Assembly (NCBI GenBank): GCA_030603375.1
Contig: JAUVXY010000001.1
Coordinates: 1 to 33,098 of the forward strand
Source: Actinomycetes bacterium
Lineage (GTDB): Bacteria > Actinomycetota > Humimicrobiia > Humimicrobiales > Humimicrobiaceae
DNA length: 33,098 bases
Reading direction: 5' to 3'
Below, in pieces: positions 7,926 through 16,453 of this stretch. The position numbers were made by a program, and so were the translations under genes. Under the pieces are notes generated by a model, which worked only from the letters and a program-made list of their open reading frames with translations, ran no database searches and had not been told where the DNA came from. Within the stretch, counting starts at the first letter, position 1, and every line of letters starts with the position of its first letter.

Positions 7926-10559
7926 CTATGCTTTATTTTCTTCTTCTTTTATTGCTGCCTGTGCCGCTGCTATTTTTGCTATAGGTATCCTGTAAGGTGA
8001 GCAGCTAACATAATCTAAGCCAATTTTATGACAAAACTCTACAGAATCTGGATCTCCGCCATGTTCTCCGCAAATACCAATTTTTAAATCTTTTCTTACT
8101 TTTCTGCCCTTCTCTACAGCAATCTCTACTAATTTGCCAACACCCTTTTTATCTATAGTTGCAAATGGGTCTTTTGCAAGTACCCCTTTTTCTATATAAT
8201 CGGGAAGAAACTTTCCAGAGTCATCCCTTGAATACCCAAATGTTAGCTGAGTTAGATCATTGGTCCCAAAGCTGAAAAACTCAGCTTCTGAAGCAATTTC
8301 ATCAGCAGTAACACAAGCTCTCGGAATCTCAATCATTGTTCCAACTTTGTAATTAAATTTTGTGCCGCTTTCTTTCATCACTTTATCAGCAATATTTATT
8401 ATTTGTTTTTTTAGTATTTTTATTTCCTCAACAATACCGACCAAAGGTATCATAACCTCTGGTATTATTTTATAGCCTTCCTTTGTCAATTTTGCAGCAG
8501 CTTCAAATATTGCTCTCGTCTGCATCTCAAGAATTTCAGGAAAAGTAATAGATAGCCTGCATCCTCTATGTCCAAGCATTGGATTCATTTCATGAAGAGA
8601 ATTTATAGTCGCCTTAAGCTCCTCAGCTTCTATGCCAAGTTCTCCTGCAATTTCTTTGATATCTTCTTCTTCCTTAGGTAAGAACTCATGCAGCGGTGGA
8701 TCAAGGAGTCTAATTGTAACAGGCAAATTTTTCATAGCTTTAAATATTTCAATAAAATCCTTTCTCTGCATTGGAAGAAGCTCCATTAATGCTTTCTTTC
8801 TTTCTTTCTTGCTGCTGGCAACTATCATTTTTCTAACTGCTTTAATTCTGTCAGCTTCAAAAAACATATGTTCTGTTCTGCAAAGGCCAATCCCCTCTGC
8901 GCCAAATTTTAAAGCAACCTCAGAATCCACTGGAGTGTCTGCATTTGCCCTAACGCCAATTTTTCTATACTTATCTACCCAACCCATAAAAATTTCAAAA
9001 TTTCTTGTAATTTCAGGATCTACTACTGGAATTTTCCCTAAAAATACTTCTCCTGTTGAACCATCAAGAGTAATCCAATCTCCATACTTGATTTTATTTC
9101 CATTAACTAAAAAATACTGCTTGGCCTCAAATACTTTTATATCTTCACAGCCAGCGACACAACATTTGCCCATACCCCTTGCTACTACTGCGGCATGAGA
9201 AGTCATTCCTCCACGCGCAGTTAATATTCCCTGGGCCACTGCCATCCCCTGAATATCTTCAGGCGAAGTTTCAGTTCTCACTAAAATAACATTTTCTTTT
9301 TTGGATTCTTCCACTGCAGAATCAGCGTCAAATGCTACTTTGCCTACTGCTGCTCCGGGGGATGCCGGCAATCCCTTTCCAATTAGCTGCCCTTTTTCTT
9401 TTGCTTTTTTATCTAACTGCTTATGGAGCATTTGATCAAGCTGCTCTGGCTCTATCCTCATTACAGCAGTTTTTATATCTATAAGTTCCTCATTTACCAT
9501 ATCTACCGCTATTTGTAGAGCTGCTGCTGCTGTTCTCTTCCCGGTCCTTGTTTGCAGCATATATAAATTACCTTTTTGAATAGTAAATTCCATGTCCTGC
9601 GTATCTCTATAATGTTCTTCTAATTTTTTACATATCCCTATCAACTGCTTATAAATATCAGGCATTTCATCCTTTAATTTGGAAATAGGTTTTGGAGTTC
9701 TAATACCCGCAACTACATCCTCTCCCTGGGCATTTATTAAATATTCCCCGTATACTTTATTTTCTCCAGTTGATGGATTACGAGTAAAAGCAACACCTGT
9801 TCCAGAATCTTCGCCCATATTACCAAATACCATTGCCTGAACATTTACAGCAGTCCCAAGATTATGAGGAATATCATGGATGTTCCTATATGCTATTGCT
9901 CTTTTATTATTCCACGACTTAAATACAGCATCCATAGACATCTGAAGCTGTTCTCTTGGGTCTTGAGGAAAACTTCTGCCTTTTTCGTTTTTTATTATTT
10001 TTTTGTAATCTTCTACCAGCTCTTTTAGGTCATCCGCCGTAAGCTGTGTATCAAATTTTACGCCCTTCTCATCTTTTTTTGCCTGTATGGCTTTCTCAAA
10101 CTTTTTATGTTCTACATTCATTACAACATCACCAAACATTTGAATAAATCTTCTGTAAGAGTCCCAGCAAAATCTTTCATTGTTTGTCTTATCTATTAAG
10201 CTCTTTACTGTTTTATCATTTAAGCCTAAATTTAGCACAGTATCCATCATGCCGGGCATAGAAATAGCAGCACCTGACCTAACAGACACTAGCAGCGGGT
10301 TCTTATAATCCTTAAACGACATCCCCATCTTATCTTCCAACTTTTTTAAGTTTCCATCAATCTGCCCGTCTAAGCCTTCAGGATATCTTTCTCCTAAATC
10401 ATAAAATAAATTACAAACCTCAGTTGTAATAGTAAAACCCAGCGGTACAGGAAGGCCAATATTTGTCATCTCCGATAGATTCGCACCTTTGCCGCCTAAT
10501 AGCTTTTTCATTTCTTTGGTGCCTTCTCCAAAAAAATAAACATATTTTCTAGAAGTCAT
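7926..10559 (-). CDS. ppdK: pyruvate, phosphate dikinase
   Basis: 877 aa. Phosphohistidine motif GGMTSHAAVVARG, PEP-utilising CRTEHMF, and the typical N-terminus YVYFFGEG..GGKGANL. Confidence 0.95.
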   Translation of the reverse strand: MTSRKYVYFFGEGTKEMKKLLGGKGANLSEMTNIGLPVPLGFTITTEVCNLFYDLGERYPEGLDGQIDGNLKKLEDKMGMSFKDYKNPLLVSVRSGAAISMPGMMDTVLNLGLNDKTVKSLIDKTNNERFCWDSYRRFIQMFGDVVMNVEHKKFEKAIQAKKDEKGVKFDTQLTADDLKELVEDYKKIIKNEKGRSFPQDPREQLQMSMDAVFKSWNNKRAIAYRNIHDIPHNLGTAVNVQAMVFGNMGEDSGTGVAFTRNPSTGENKVYGEYLINAQGEDVVAGIRTPKPISKLKDEMPDIYKQLIGICKKLEEHYRDTQDMEFTIQKGNLYMLQTRTGKRTAAAALQIAVDMVNEELIDIKTAVMRIEPEQLDQMLHKQLDKKAKEKGQLIGKGLPASPGAAVGKVAFDADSAVEESKKENVILVRTETSPEDIQGMAVAQGILTARGGMTSHAAVVARGMGKCCVAGCEDIKVFEAKQYFLVNGNKIKYGDWITLDGSTGEVFLGKIPVVDPEITRNFEIFMGWVDKYRKIGVRANADTPVDSEVALKFGAEGIGLCRTEHMFFEADRIKAVRKMIVASSKKERKKALMELLPMQRKDFIEIFKAMKNLPVTIRLLDPPLHEFLPKEEEDIKEIAGELGIEAEELKATINSLHEMNPMLGHRGCRLSITFPEILEMQTRAIFEAAAKLTKEGYKIIPEVMIPLVGIVEEIKILKKQIINIADKVMKESGTKFNYKVGTMIEIPRACVTADEIASEAEFFSFGTNDLTQLTFGYSRDDSGKFLPDYIEKGVLAKDPFATIDKKGVGKLVEIAVEKGRKVRKDLKIGICGEHGGDPDSVEFCHKIGLDYVSCSPYRIPIAKIAAAQAAIKEEENKA

Positions 10560-10709
10560 TTTTACTTATTCCTTTCTTATAAATTTACAGTTAATTTGAT
10601 TCTATATACCGCCCTCAGCACAACAGCCTACTAATCCTACAACAAATAAAACTTTATTGCACCTCTTATTTGTATTGAAAATATAAAAATCACCTGGTTC
10701 CCTGCAGTT

Positions 10710-12836
10710 TTAATGAATTTTATTTCCTTCAATTACTAATTTAGAAAAATCTGCCATAAGCAAATATAAATCCATAACAACTTTGACCAGATTAATCCTA
10801 TTAGCCCTTACTTTCTCGTCTTTATCCATTACTAAGACATTATCAAAAAAAGCATCTATACCCTTGCCAAAACTGCCAAGCTCAGCAAGAATGCAGTCGT
10901 ACTGTTTTTTCTCAACATAATCTACTATGATGCTTCTTTTTTCAGTGACAGAAGAAAAAAGTTTTTTTTCATATTGGCTGCTTAAAAGTCGGGTATTTAC
11001 ATTAGAAAAAGTTTTCCCTTTTATAATATTTTTGCATCTCACCATAGGAGTAGAAATAGTTTCTATGTCTTTTTCTTTTATAAATTTTTCTATAGCTTTA
11101 TACCTTAAGTCTATATCCAGAATTGAAGAACCCCCTGATGCCAGTATTGCTTCAAGTACGTCCAGCCTTCTGTTTTTCTTTTCAAGCATAAATCTATATC
11201 TTGCAATAATAAAATTCTTAATTTCCCTGCAAATTTCTTCTTTATTAATATCTTTAAAATTAAACTTTTCAATATATAGCTCTAAACTGTAGCTTATCAA
11301 GCCTTCCATATCTAAATCATATTTCTTCTTAAGCACAGAAAGTACTATGCCGGAAGCCTTTCTTCTAAGTGCAAACGGGTCCTCAGAACCTGACGGAATA
11401 TTACCCGCTAAAAACATTCCTGAAATCGTATCAATTTTGTCAGCTATTGATAAAATTGAACCAACGTCTGTGGCAGGAAGCACATCTTCCGAAAATCTTG
11501 GCAGATAATGTTCGAATATTGATTCTGGTATATCAAATTTTTCGCCTCTTTCCCTTGCATATTCTTTTCCTACTGTTCCCTGAAGCTCGGGAAATTCCAC
11601 AACCATATTAGTGACTAAATCACATTTGCAAAACATGGCTGCCCTGCTTAAGGAATTATGGATATTATCATTTTTCAGTATGCCCTTATCTTTTAGGAGA
11701 CTGTTGATATGCAGACAAATCTCTTTGAGCCTGCAAGCTTTATCATATATGCTGCCAAGATTTGAATAAAAAATCACACCTTTTAATTTTTCACACCAAC
11801 TGTCAAAATCATGTTTTTTGTCCTCTTCGTAAAAAAATACTGCATCGCTCAGTCGTGCTCCAAGCACCTTTTCGTTTCCATTTATTATTTCACCACTTTT
11901 GTCTTCAATGCCATTCTGCACTACAACAAATTGCGTGCTAACATTACCGGCTTTATTAATCACAGCAAAATATTTTTGATGGTGCTGTATAACTTTTGTT
12001 AATATTTCTTTTGGTATATAAAGAAATCTTTTAGAGAAATTGCCAACAAGAACATTTGGTATTTCTACCAGGTTAACAACTTCATTAAGTAAATCTTTGT
12101 CTGGAACAATTTCAAACTCTCCGTTCCATGTATTTTTCCTAATATTATTTAACCCATCAATTATTAATTCCATTCTTTTTTTGAAATCTACTATTACCTT
12201 TCCCTTATCCTCCAGTAATTTTAAATAGCTGCCTGCATCATCTACAGTAATAGGTTCCGGATTAAGGGTGCGATGTCCAAAAGTAACATTCCCGGAAGTT
12301 AAATTCTCAATTGCAAAGTTGATTACATCACCTCCAAATAATGCCAGTATCCATCTTATCGGACGTGCAAATTTAATGCTGTAGTCCCCCCATGTCATTT
12401 GTTTTGGGAGCACCAAAGAAAGCACTGAATCTTTTAATATTCCAGGAAGTAATTCTGAAGTCTTTTTGCCTTCCTCCACAATTTTTTTACCTATGTATGT
12501 TCCCTTATTAATTTCTATTTCTTCAAGGCTGCTGACATTAATATTTAAGCTTTTTGCAAAACCTATTGCAGCTTTTGTTGGGGTACCATCTTTGCCAAAT
12601 GCAATTTTTTTGGGCGGGCCTGTAATTACTTTTTCCTCTGATCTTTGTGTTTCCGCTAAACTACTTACTATGGCAGCAAGTCTGCGCGGTGATCCGAAAG
12701 TCTTTACGCTGACAAAATCAATTCTATTTTGAGTTAATTTTTTTTTAAGTATTTCTTCTAAACCAAGTGTTCCAGCCTCTACGCAGGAAGACGGTAATTC
12801 TTCTGTTCCTATTTCGAAAACTAAATCTTTTTTCAT
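10710..12836 (-). CDS. glyS: glycine--tRNA ligase beta subunit
   Basis: 708 aa. N-terminus LVFEIGTEELP is typical of GlyS. It starts 14 nt downstream of glyQ. Confidence 0.93.
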   Translation of the reverse strand: MKKDLVFEIGTEELPSSCVEAGTLGLEEILKKKLTQNRIDFVSVKTFGSPRRLAAIVSSLAETQRSEEKVITGPPKKIAFGKDGTPTKAAIGFAKSLNINVSSLEEIEINKGTYIGKKIVEEGKKTSELLPGILKDSVLSLVLPKQMTWGDYSIKFARPIRWILALFGGDVINFAIENLTSGNVTFGHRTLNPEPITVDDAGSYLKLLEDKGKVIVDFKKRMELIIDGLNNIRKNTWNGEFEIVPDKDLLNEVVNLVEIPNVLVGNFSKRFLYIPKEILTKVIQHHQKYFAVINKAGNVSTQFVVVQNGIEDKSGEIINGNEKVLGARLSDAVFFYEEDKKHDFDSWCEKLKGVIFYSNLGSIYDKACRLKEICLHINSLLKDKGILKNDNIHNSLSRAAMFCKCDLVTNMVVEFPELQGTVGKEYARERGEKFDIPESIFEHYLPRFSEDVLPATDVGSILSIADKIDTISGMFLAGNIPSGSEDPFALRRKASGIVLSVLKKKYDLDMEGLISYSLELYIEKFNFKDINKEEICREIKNFIIARYRFMLEKKNRRLDVLEAILASGGSSILDIDLRYKAIEKFIKEKDIETISTPMVRCKNIIKGKTFSNVNTRLLSSQYEKKLFSSVTEKRSIIVDYVEKKQYDCILAELGSFGKGIDAFFDNVLVMDKDEKVRANRINLVKVVMDLYLLMADFSKLVIEGNKIH

Positions 12837-12850
12837 ATTTTATAACTTTT

Positions 12851-13726
12851 CTAAGAATTCTTTTTTAAAAGTGGATAGCCTAACTTTTCTCTCTGGGAAA
12901 CATAAGACTGACATAAAGCTCTTGCAAGAGCTCTCACTCTTGCAATATAAGATGTTCTTTCTGCAACACTAATTGCTTCTCTTGCATCAAGCAAGTTAAA
13001 AACATGCGAACACTTTAGCACATATTCACATGCTACAAAAACCATATTTTTGCTTATTGCTTTTCTAAACTCTTTTTCAAATTTCTGAAATAAATCCACA
13101 AGCATATCAATATCTGCTAATTCAAAATTATACCTGGACCATTCTTTTTCGGGTTCAAGCTGAACATCGCTATAAGTTATATCATCCGACCATGCCAGAT
13201 CCCAGAAACTATCTTTCTTCTGAAGATACATAGCTATCCGCTCTAAGCCATAAGTAAGTTCCGCTGATACCGGCTTCAGTACAATTCCACCCATTTGCTG
13301 AAAATAAGTAAATTGTGTTATTTCCATTCCATCGGCCCATACTTCCCAGCCCAATCCTGCTGCGCCTATAGTTGGCGATTGCCAGTCGTCTTCTACAAAT
13401 CTTATATCGTGCAGCTTTAAATCAATCCCAAGACTCCTGAGGGACCCCAGATACAAATCTACTACATTGTCAGGAGATGGTTTTAAAAGAACCTGAAATT
13501 GATAATAGAACTGTGTCCTGAAAGGATTTTCTCCATATCTTCCATCAGTGGGCCTCCTGCTTGGTTCAACATAGGCTACGTTCCAGGGCTCCGGACCCAA
13601 ACATCGCAAGAATGTGTCAGGGTTAAATGTCCCGGCACCTTTCTCTAAATCCATCGGATGTCTTATCAGTCAGCCGTTGTCGGCCCAATATTTTTGTAGA
13701 TTAAAAATAATATCCTGAAAATTCAT
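12851..13726 (-). CDS. glyQ: glycine--tRNA ligase alpha subunit, carrying one in-frame TGA at codon 19 (13670-13672)
   Basis: The track ORF (12851-13654, MDLEKGAGT...) lacks the conserved N-terminus. The same frame upstream reads ATG(13726) [37 protein letters not shown]. The total of 291 codons is the normal GlyQ length. Motifs [12 protein letters not shown] and FQVLLKPSP are present. Confidence 0.8.
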
Positions 13727-13784
13727 AGTCTCTTATTTTAATAATATTAATTTCAATAGTCAATTTATTGTTGCAATAATGTGC

Positions 13785-14567
13785 TTATATTCCTAACTTC
13801 TTTAAATATTTGAAACTCTTTATGCTGCAATCAATATGATAGGTTATATAATTTTCCATCAAACTGCGCACTTTTTTTAAAACTTGCAAGTTTACTTCCA
13901 TATCTCTAAAATCTTCAATTTTTAGATTAAATACATCACACAAAAATCTGTAGGTTGAAACATCTAATTTTACTGTGCCTTCCAAAAATTCTGAGCATTT
14001 TTCACAAAGAATTCCGCCAAATTTTACTGAAAATGAAATATTACTGCTCCGGAAAGAATATAAGTCCTTCATATCCATGCCGCACTTACAACAATTTTTA
14101 AGAAGAGGATTGTAGCCAATAATCTTTATACTTTTTGCCACAAAAAAACATACTGCTTTTTTAAGTGATACTATATCTTCATTATTAAAGCCATCAATTT
14201 CATTAAAACAAACATAAATTAATTTAAACAGCATCTCAGAAGACCCTCCGCTATGTTGTTGGGTCTTTAAAACTATTTCACTAATCGTCTCGCAAAATAC
14301 AAATTTATAGAAATCACTGGAAATATTCTTAAAACTTTTTAGTATTTCAGCCTGAGTTATAATATCCAGACTTTTTCCAGTAGAAATTTCTGAATCTACA
14401 ATATTGAAAAGTTCAAGCCTGCCACCAAACTTACTTCTTGCCTTCCTTGCTCCTTTTGCAACTGCACTGATTATCCCGTCCTGCTGGGAATACATTTTAA
14501 TTATTTTATCTGACTCACCTAATTTGTATGACTTTAAAATGACAGCTTTAGCTTTATAAGAGGGCAT
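13785..14567 (-). CDS. recO: DNA repair protein RecO
   Basis: 260 aa. N-terminal OB region (AVILKSYKLGESDKII) and a C-terminal Cys cluster CCKCG...CEKC. Confidence 0.88.
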   Translation of the reverse strand: MPSYKAKAVILKSYKLGESDKIIKMYSQQDGIISAVAKGARKARSKFGGRLELFNIVDSEISTGKSLDIITQAEILKSFKNISSDFYKFVFCETISEIVLKTQQHSGGSSEMLFKLIYVCFNEIDGFNNEDIVSLKKAVCFFVAKSIKIIGYNPLLKNCCKCGMDMKDLYSFRSSNISFSVKFGGILCEKCSEFLEGTVKLDVSTYRFLCDVFNLKIEDFRDMEVNLQVLKKVRSLMENYITYHIDCSIKSFKYLKKLGI

Positions 14568-14592
14568 TTACTATAAAATTTGATTTGACATT

Positions 14593-15306
14593 TTATTTGT
14601 TAAAGATTCTACCATATTCTTCTATTATATTTATCCCGCTACTCGTCCCGAGTCTGGTTGCACCAGAATCTATCAAAGCCTGCGCATCTTTAAATGTTCT
14701 AATTCCGCCCGATGCCTTTACTCCTATGTTCCTGCTAACAGCTTCTCTTATGGTTCTTACATCATCAAGCTCTACACCTCTTACTCCGAAGCCAGTAGAA
14801 GTTTTGATAAAATCTATTTTGACACCTTCCAAAATCCTGCATACTTTTTTAATTTCCTCTCTGGTAAGAACGCCTGTTTCAATAATTACTTTAATATTAA
14901 TATGTCTGTTGTATTCTGCCATTTGTTCTCTTCTGATAACACTGACTATTGTTCCCATTTCTTTTTCAAGATAAGAATAATTTCCACTCTTTAGTGCCCC
15001 TAAATTCATTACCACATCCAGCTCATCTGCACCTTTTTTTACATTATCCCTGGCTTCAAACACTTTTGTTTCAATAGTGTTTGCCCCAAGAGGGTAGCCG
15101 ACAACAGAACAAACCTTTACATCAGTCCCTGCTAATATTTTGCTGGAAGGAACTATAAAGCATGGATTTATGCACACTGCAGCAAAGTGGTACTTCTTAG
15201 CATCAATACATAAGTTATTTATATTTTGAAAAGTTGCAGTTGGACCAAGCAATGTCTGATCAATGGTTTTTGCAAGTTGTTCTTTGGTTAGCGTTTTAAT
15301 CACCAT
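14593..15306 (-). CDS. deoC: deoxyribose-phosphate aldolase
   Basis: 237 aa. Motifs IDQTLL, VVGYPLGA, DELDVVMN, the Schiff-base lysine region FIKTSTGF, and KASGGIRT. Confidence 0.9.
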   Translation of the reverse strand: MVIKTLTKEQLAKTIDQTLLGPTATFQNINNLCIDAKKYHFAAVCINPCFIVPSSKILAGTDVKVCSVVGYPLGANTIETKVFEARDNVKKGADELDVVMNLGALKSGNYSYLEKEMGTIVSVIRREQMAEYNRHINIKVIIETGVLTREEIKKVCRILEGVKIDFIKTSTGFGVRGVELDDVRTIREAVSRNIGVKASGGIRTFKDAQALIDSGATRLGTSSGINIIEEYGRIFNK

Positions 15307-15359
15307 ACCTCTCTATATAATTATTTTTTTTACAGTAGATGTAGATAATTCTCTGTCCA

Positions 15360-15824
15360 CTATAATTTTAGCCTCATTAAACATCTGTCTATTCCCCTTC
15401 CGTATTCGTCCTTTCTCAAATCAATAATTGTAAACCCGTATTTTTTATACAATTTTAAGGCAGCTTCATTTTCTGAACCTACTGTCAATTCTATGGTTTT
15501 TAAATTTTCCGCTTTCAGCATACTTACTATTTTACTCAGAAATATTTTGCCGACACCCTGTGCTCTAAATTCCCTGTCAATATAAAAAGAATGAACAAAA
15601 GCTGATTGATTGTTATCCCAATTTTTTATTAGTTCGCATACTCCGATAATTTCACCATCATCTGCTTTCTGCACTACTATCAGCTTTCCATATCTAATTA
15701 TAACAGGTATAACCCATTCATTGATTGAGGCTTTGCTTCCCAAATTTTTATTTTCTAATTCTTTTATCCTGGCTATCAATCTGCTGTCGAAATTTTTTAT
15801 CTCAACTATATTTACATCTACCAT
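15360..15824 (-). CDS. GNAT family N-acetyltransferase
   Basis: 154 aa. Acetyl-CoA motif RAQGVGKIFL and the typical GNAT C-terminus A..LY.K.GF. Confidence 0.8.
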   Translation of the reverse strand: MVDVNIVEIKNFDSRLIARIKELENKNLGSKASINEWVIPVIIRYGKLIVVQKADDGEIIGVCELIKNWDNNQSAFVHSFYIDREFRAQGVGKIFLSKIVSMLKAENLKTIELTVGSENEAALKLYKKYGFTIIDLRKDEYGRGIDRCLMRLKL

Positions 15825-15918
15825 ATCTCTTACAGCCGCTATGCTTTATAGGCTTAAATAAAAATGTTTTCTCTTAGCGCCCCTACTCTAAATTTTACAA
15901 TACCTGTCAAGAGAGTAT

Positions 15919-16410
15919 TTAAATCTTAAAAACAGACCTTGCATCATTTAAAATATTCTCCTGAATGCCGTTCATTTCTATTCTGTCTTCCCTTCCTTCA
16001 TGGTCATAACCGTATATATGGAGAATACCATGCGTCGCAAGCAATATTATTTCTAATTCTGAATTCCAGTTTTCTTTTTCTTTGTAAGCATTATCTTCTG
16101 CAACTTCAGGGCATATAATTATTTCACCAACTGTAAAATGCCCACTTTTATATCCAAACTCATTTGCATCTCTTTTAAAAGTAAGCTCACTATTATTTTC
16201 CACATACGAAAAAGACAGGACATCTGTTTCTCTGTCCACATTTCTATACTTTTTATTTAATCGTCCTATTTCTTCCTTTTCAACAAATACAACATTTAGC
16301 TCATAATTTTGGCTTCTATTAAATTTATTTGAGATATATGTTATAACTTTTTCCATAATGTTCAAATTTAGCTTTGCTTTGTCTTGATTGTTGATTAAGA
16401 TAACTTTCAT
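15919..16410 (-). CDS. ybeY: rRNA maturation endoribonuclease YbeY
   Basis: 163 aa. Zinc motif HGILHIYGYDH. Confidence 0.92.
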   Translation of the reverse strand: MKVILINNQDKAKLNLNIMEKVITYISNKFNRSQNYELNVVFVEKEEIGRLNKKYRNVDRETDVLSFSYVENNSELTFKRDANEFGYKSGHFTVGEIIICPEVAEDNAYKEKENWNSELEIILLATHGILHIYGYDHEGREDRIEMNGIQENILNDARSVFKI

Positions 16411-16453
16411 TTAATGCCCTCTTATATAATAATACAAATAGCTTATAGCTAAA

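Noticed and set aside
8632-9198. Long ORFs antisense to large genes. Examples: 8632-9198 in ppdK; 10927-11292 and 12466-12732 in glyS; 22484-23316 in dnaJ (several); 14585-14974 in deoC; 624-914, 2350-2565, 5329-5616, 30920-31266 and 32272-32934 in other genes.
   Set aside because: All lie antisense within strongly supported conserved genes. They translate to low-complexity Ser/Phe/Leu/Ile-rich peptides typical of the shadow frames of AT-rich genes.
13670-13672. The TGA in glyQ as evidence of a genome-wide alternative genetic code (TGA = Trp or Gly)
   Set aside because: TGA cleanly terminates at least four other well-supported ORFs in this window, with stops at 1467-1469, 3003-3005, 21461-23 and 26434-36. 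All other conserved genes have normal lengths without internal TGA.
13727-13784. A T-box leader upstream of glyQ, as in the B. subtilis glyQS operon
   Set aside because: Only 58 nt separate the restored glyQ start from the recO stop, which is far too short for a T-box. No T-box or specifier-loop sequence is visible.
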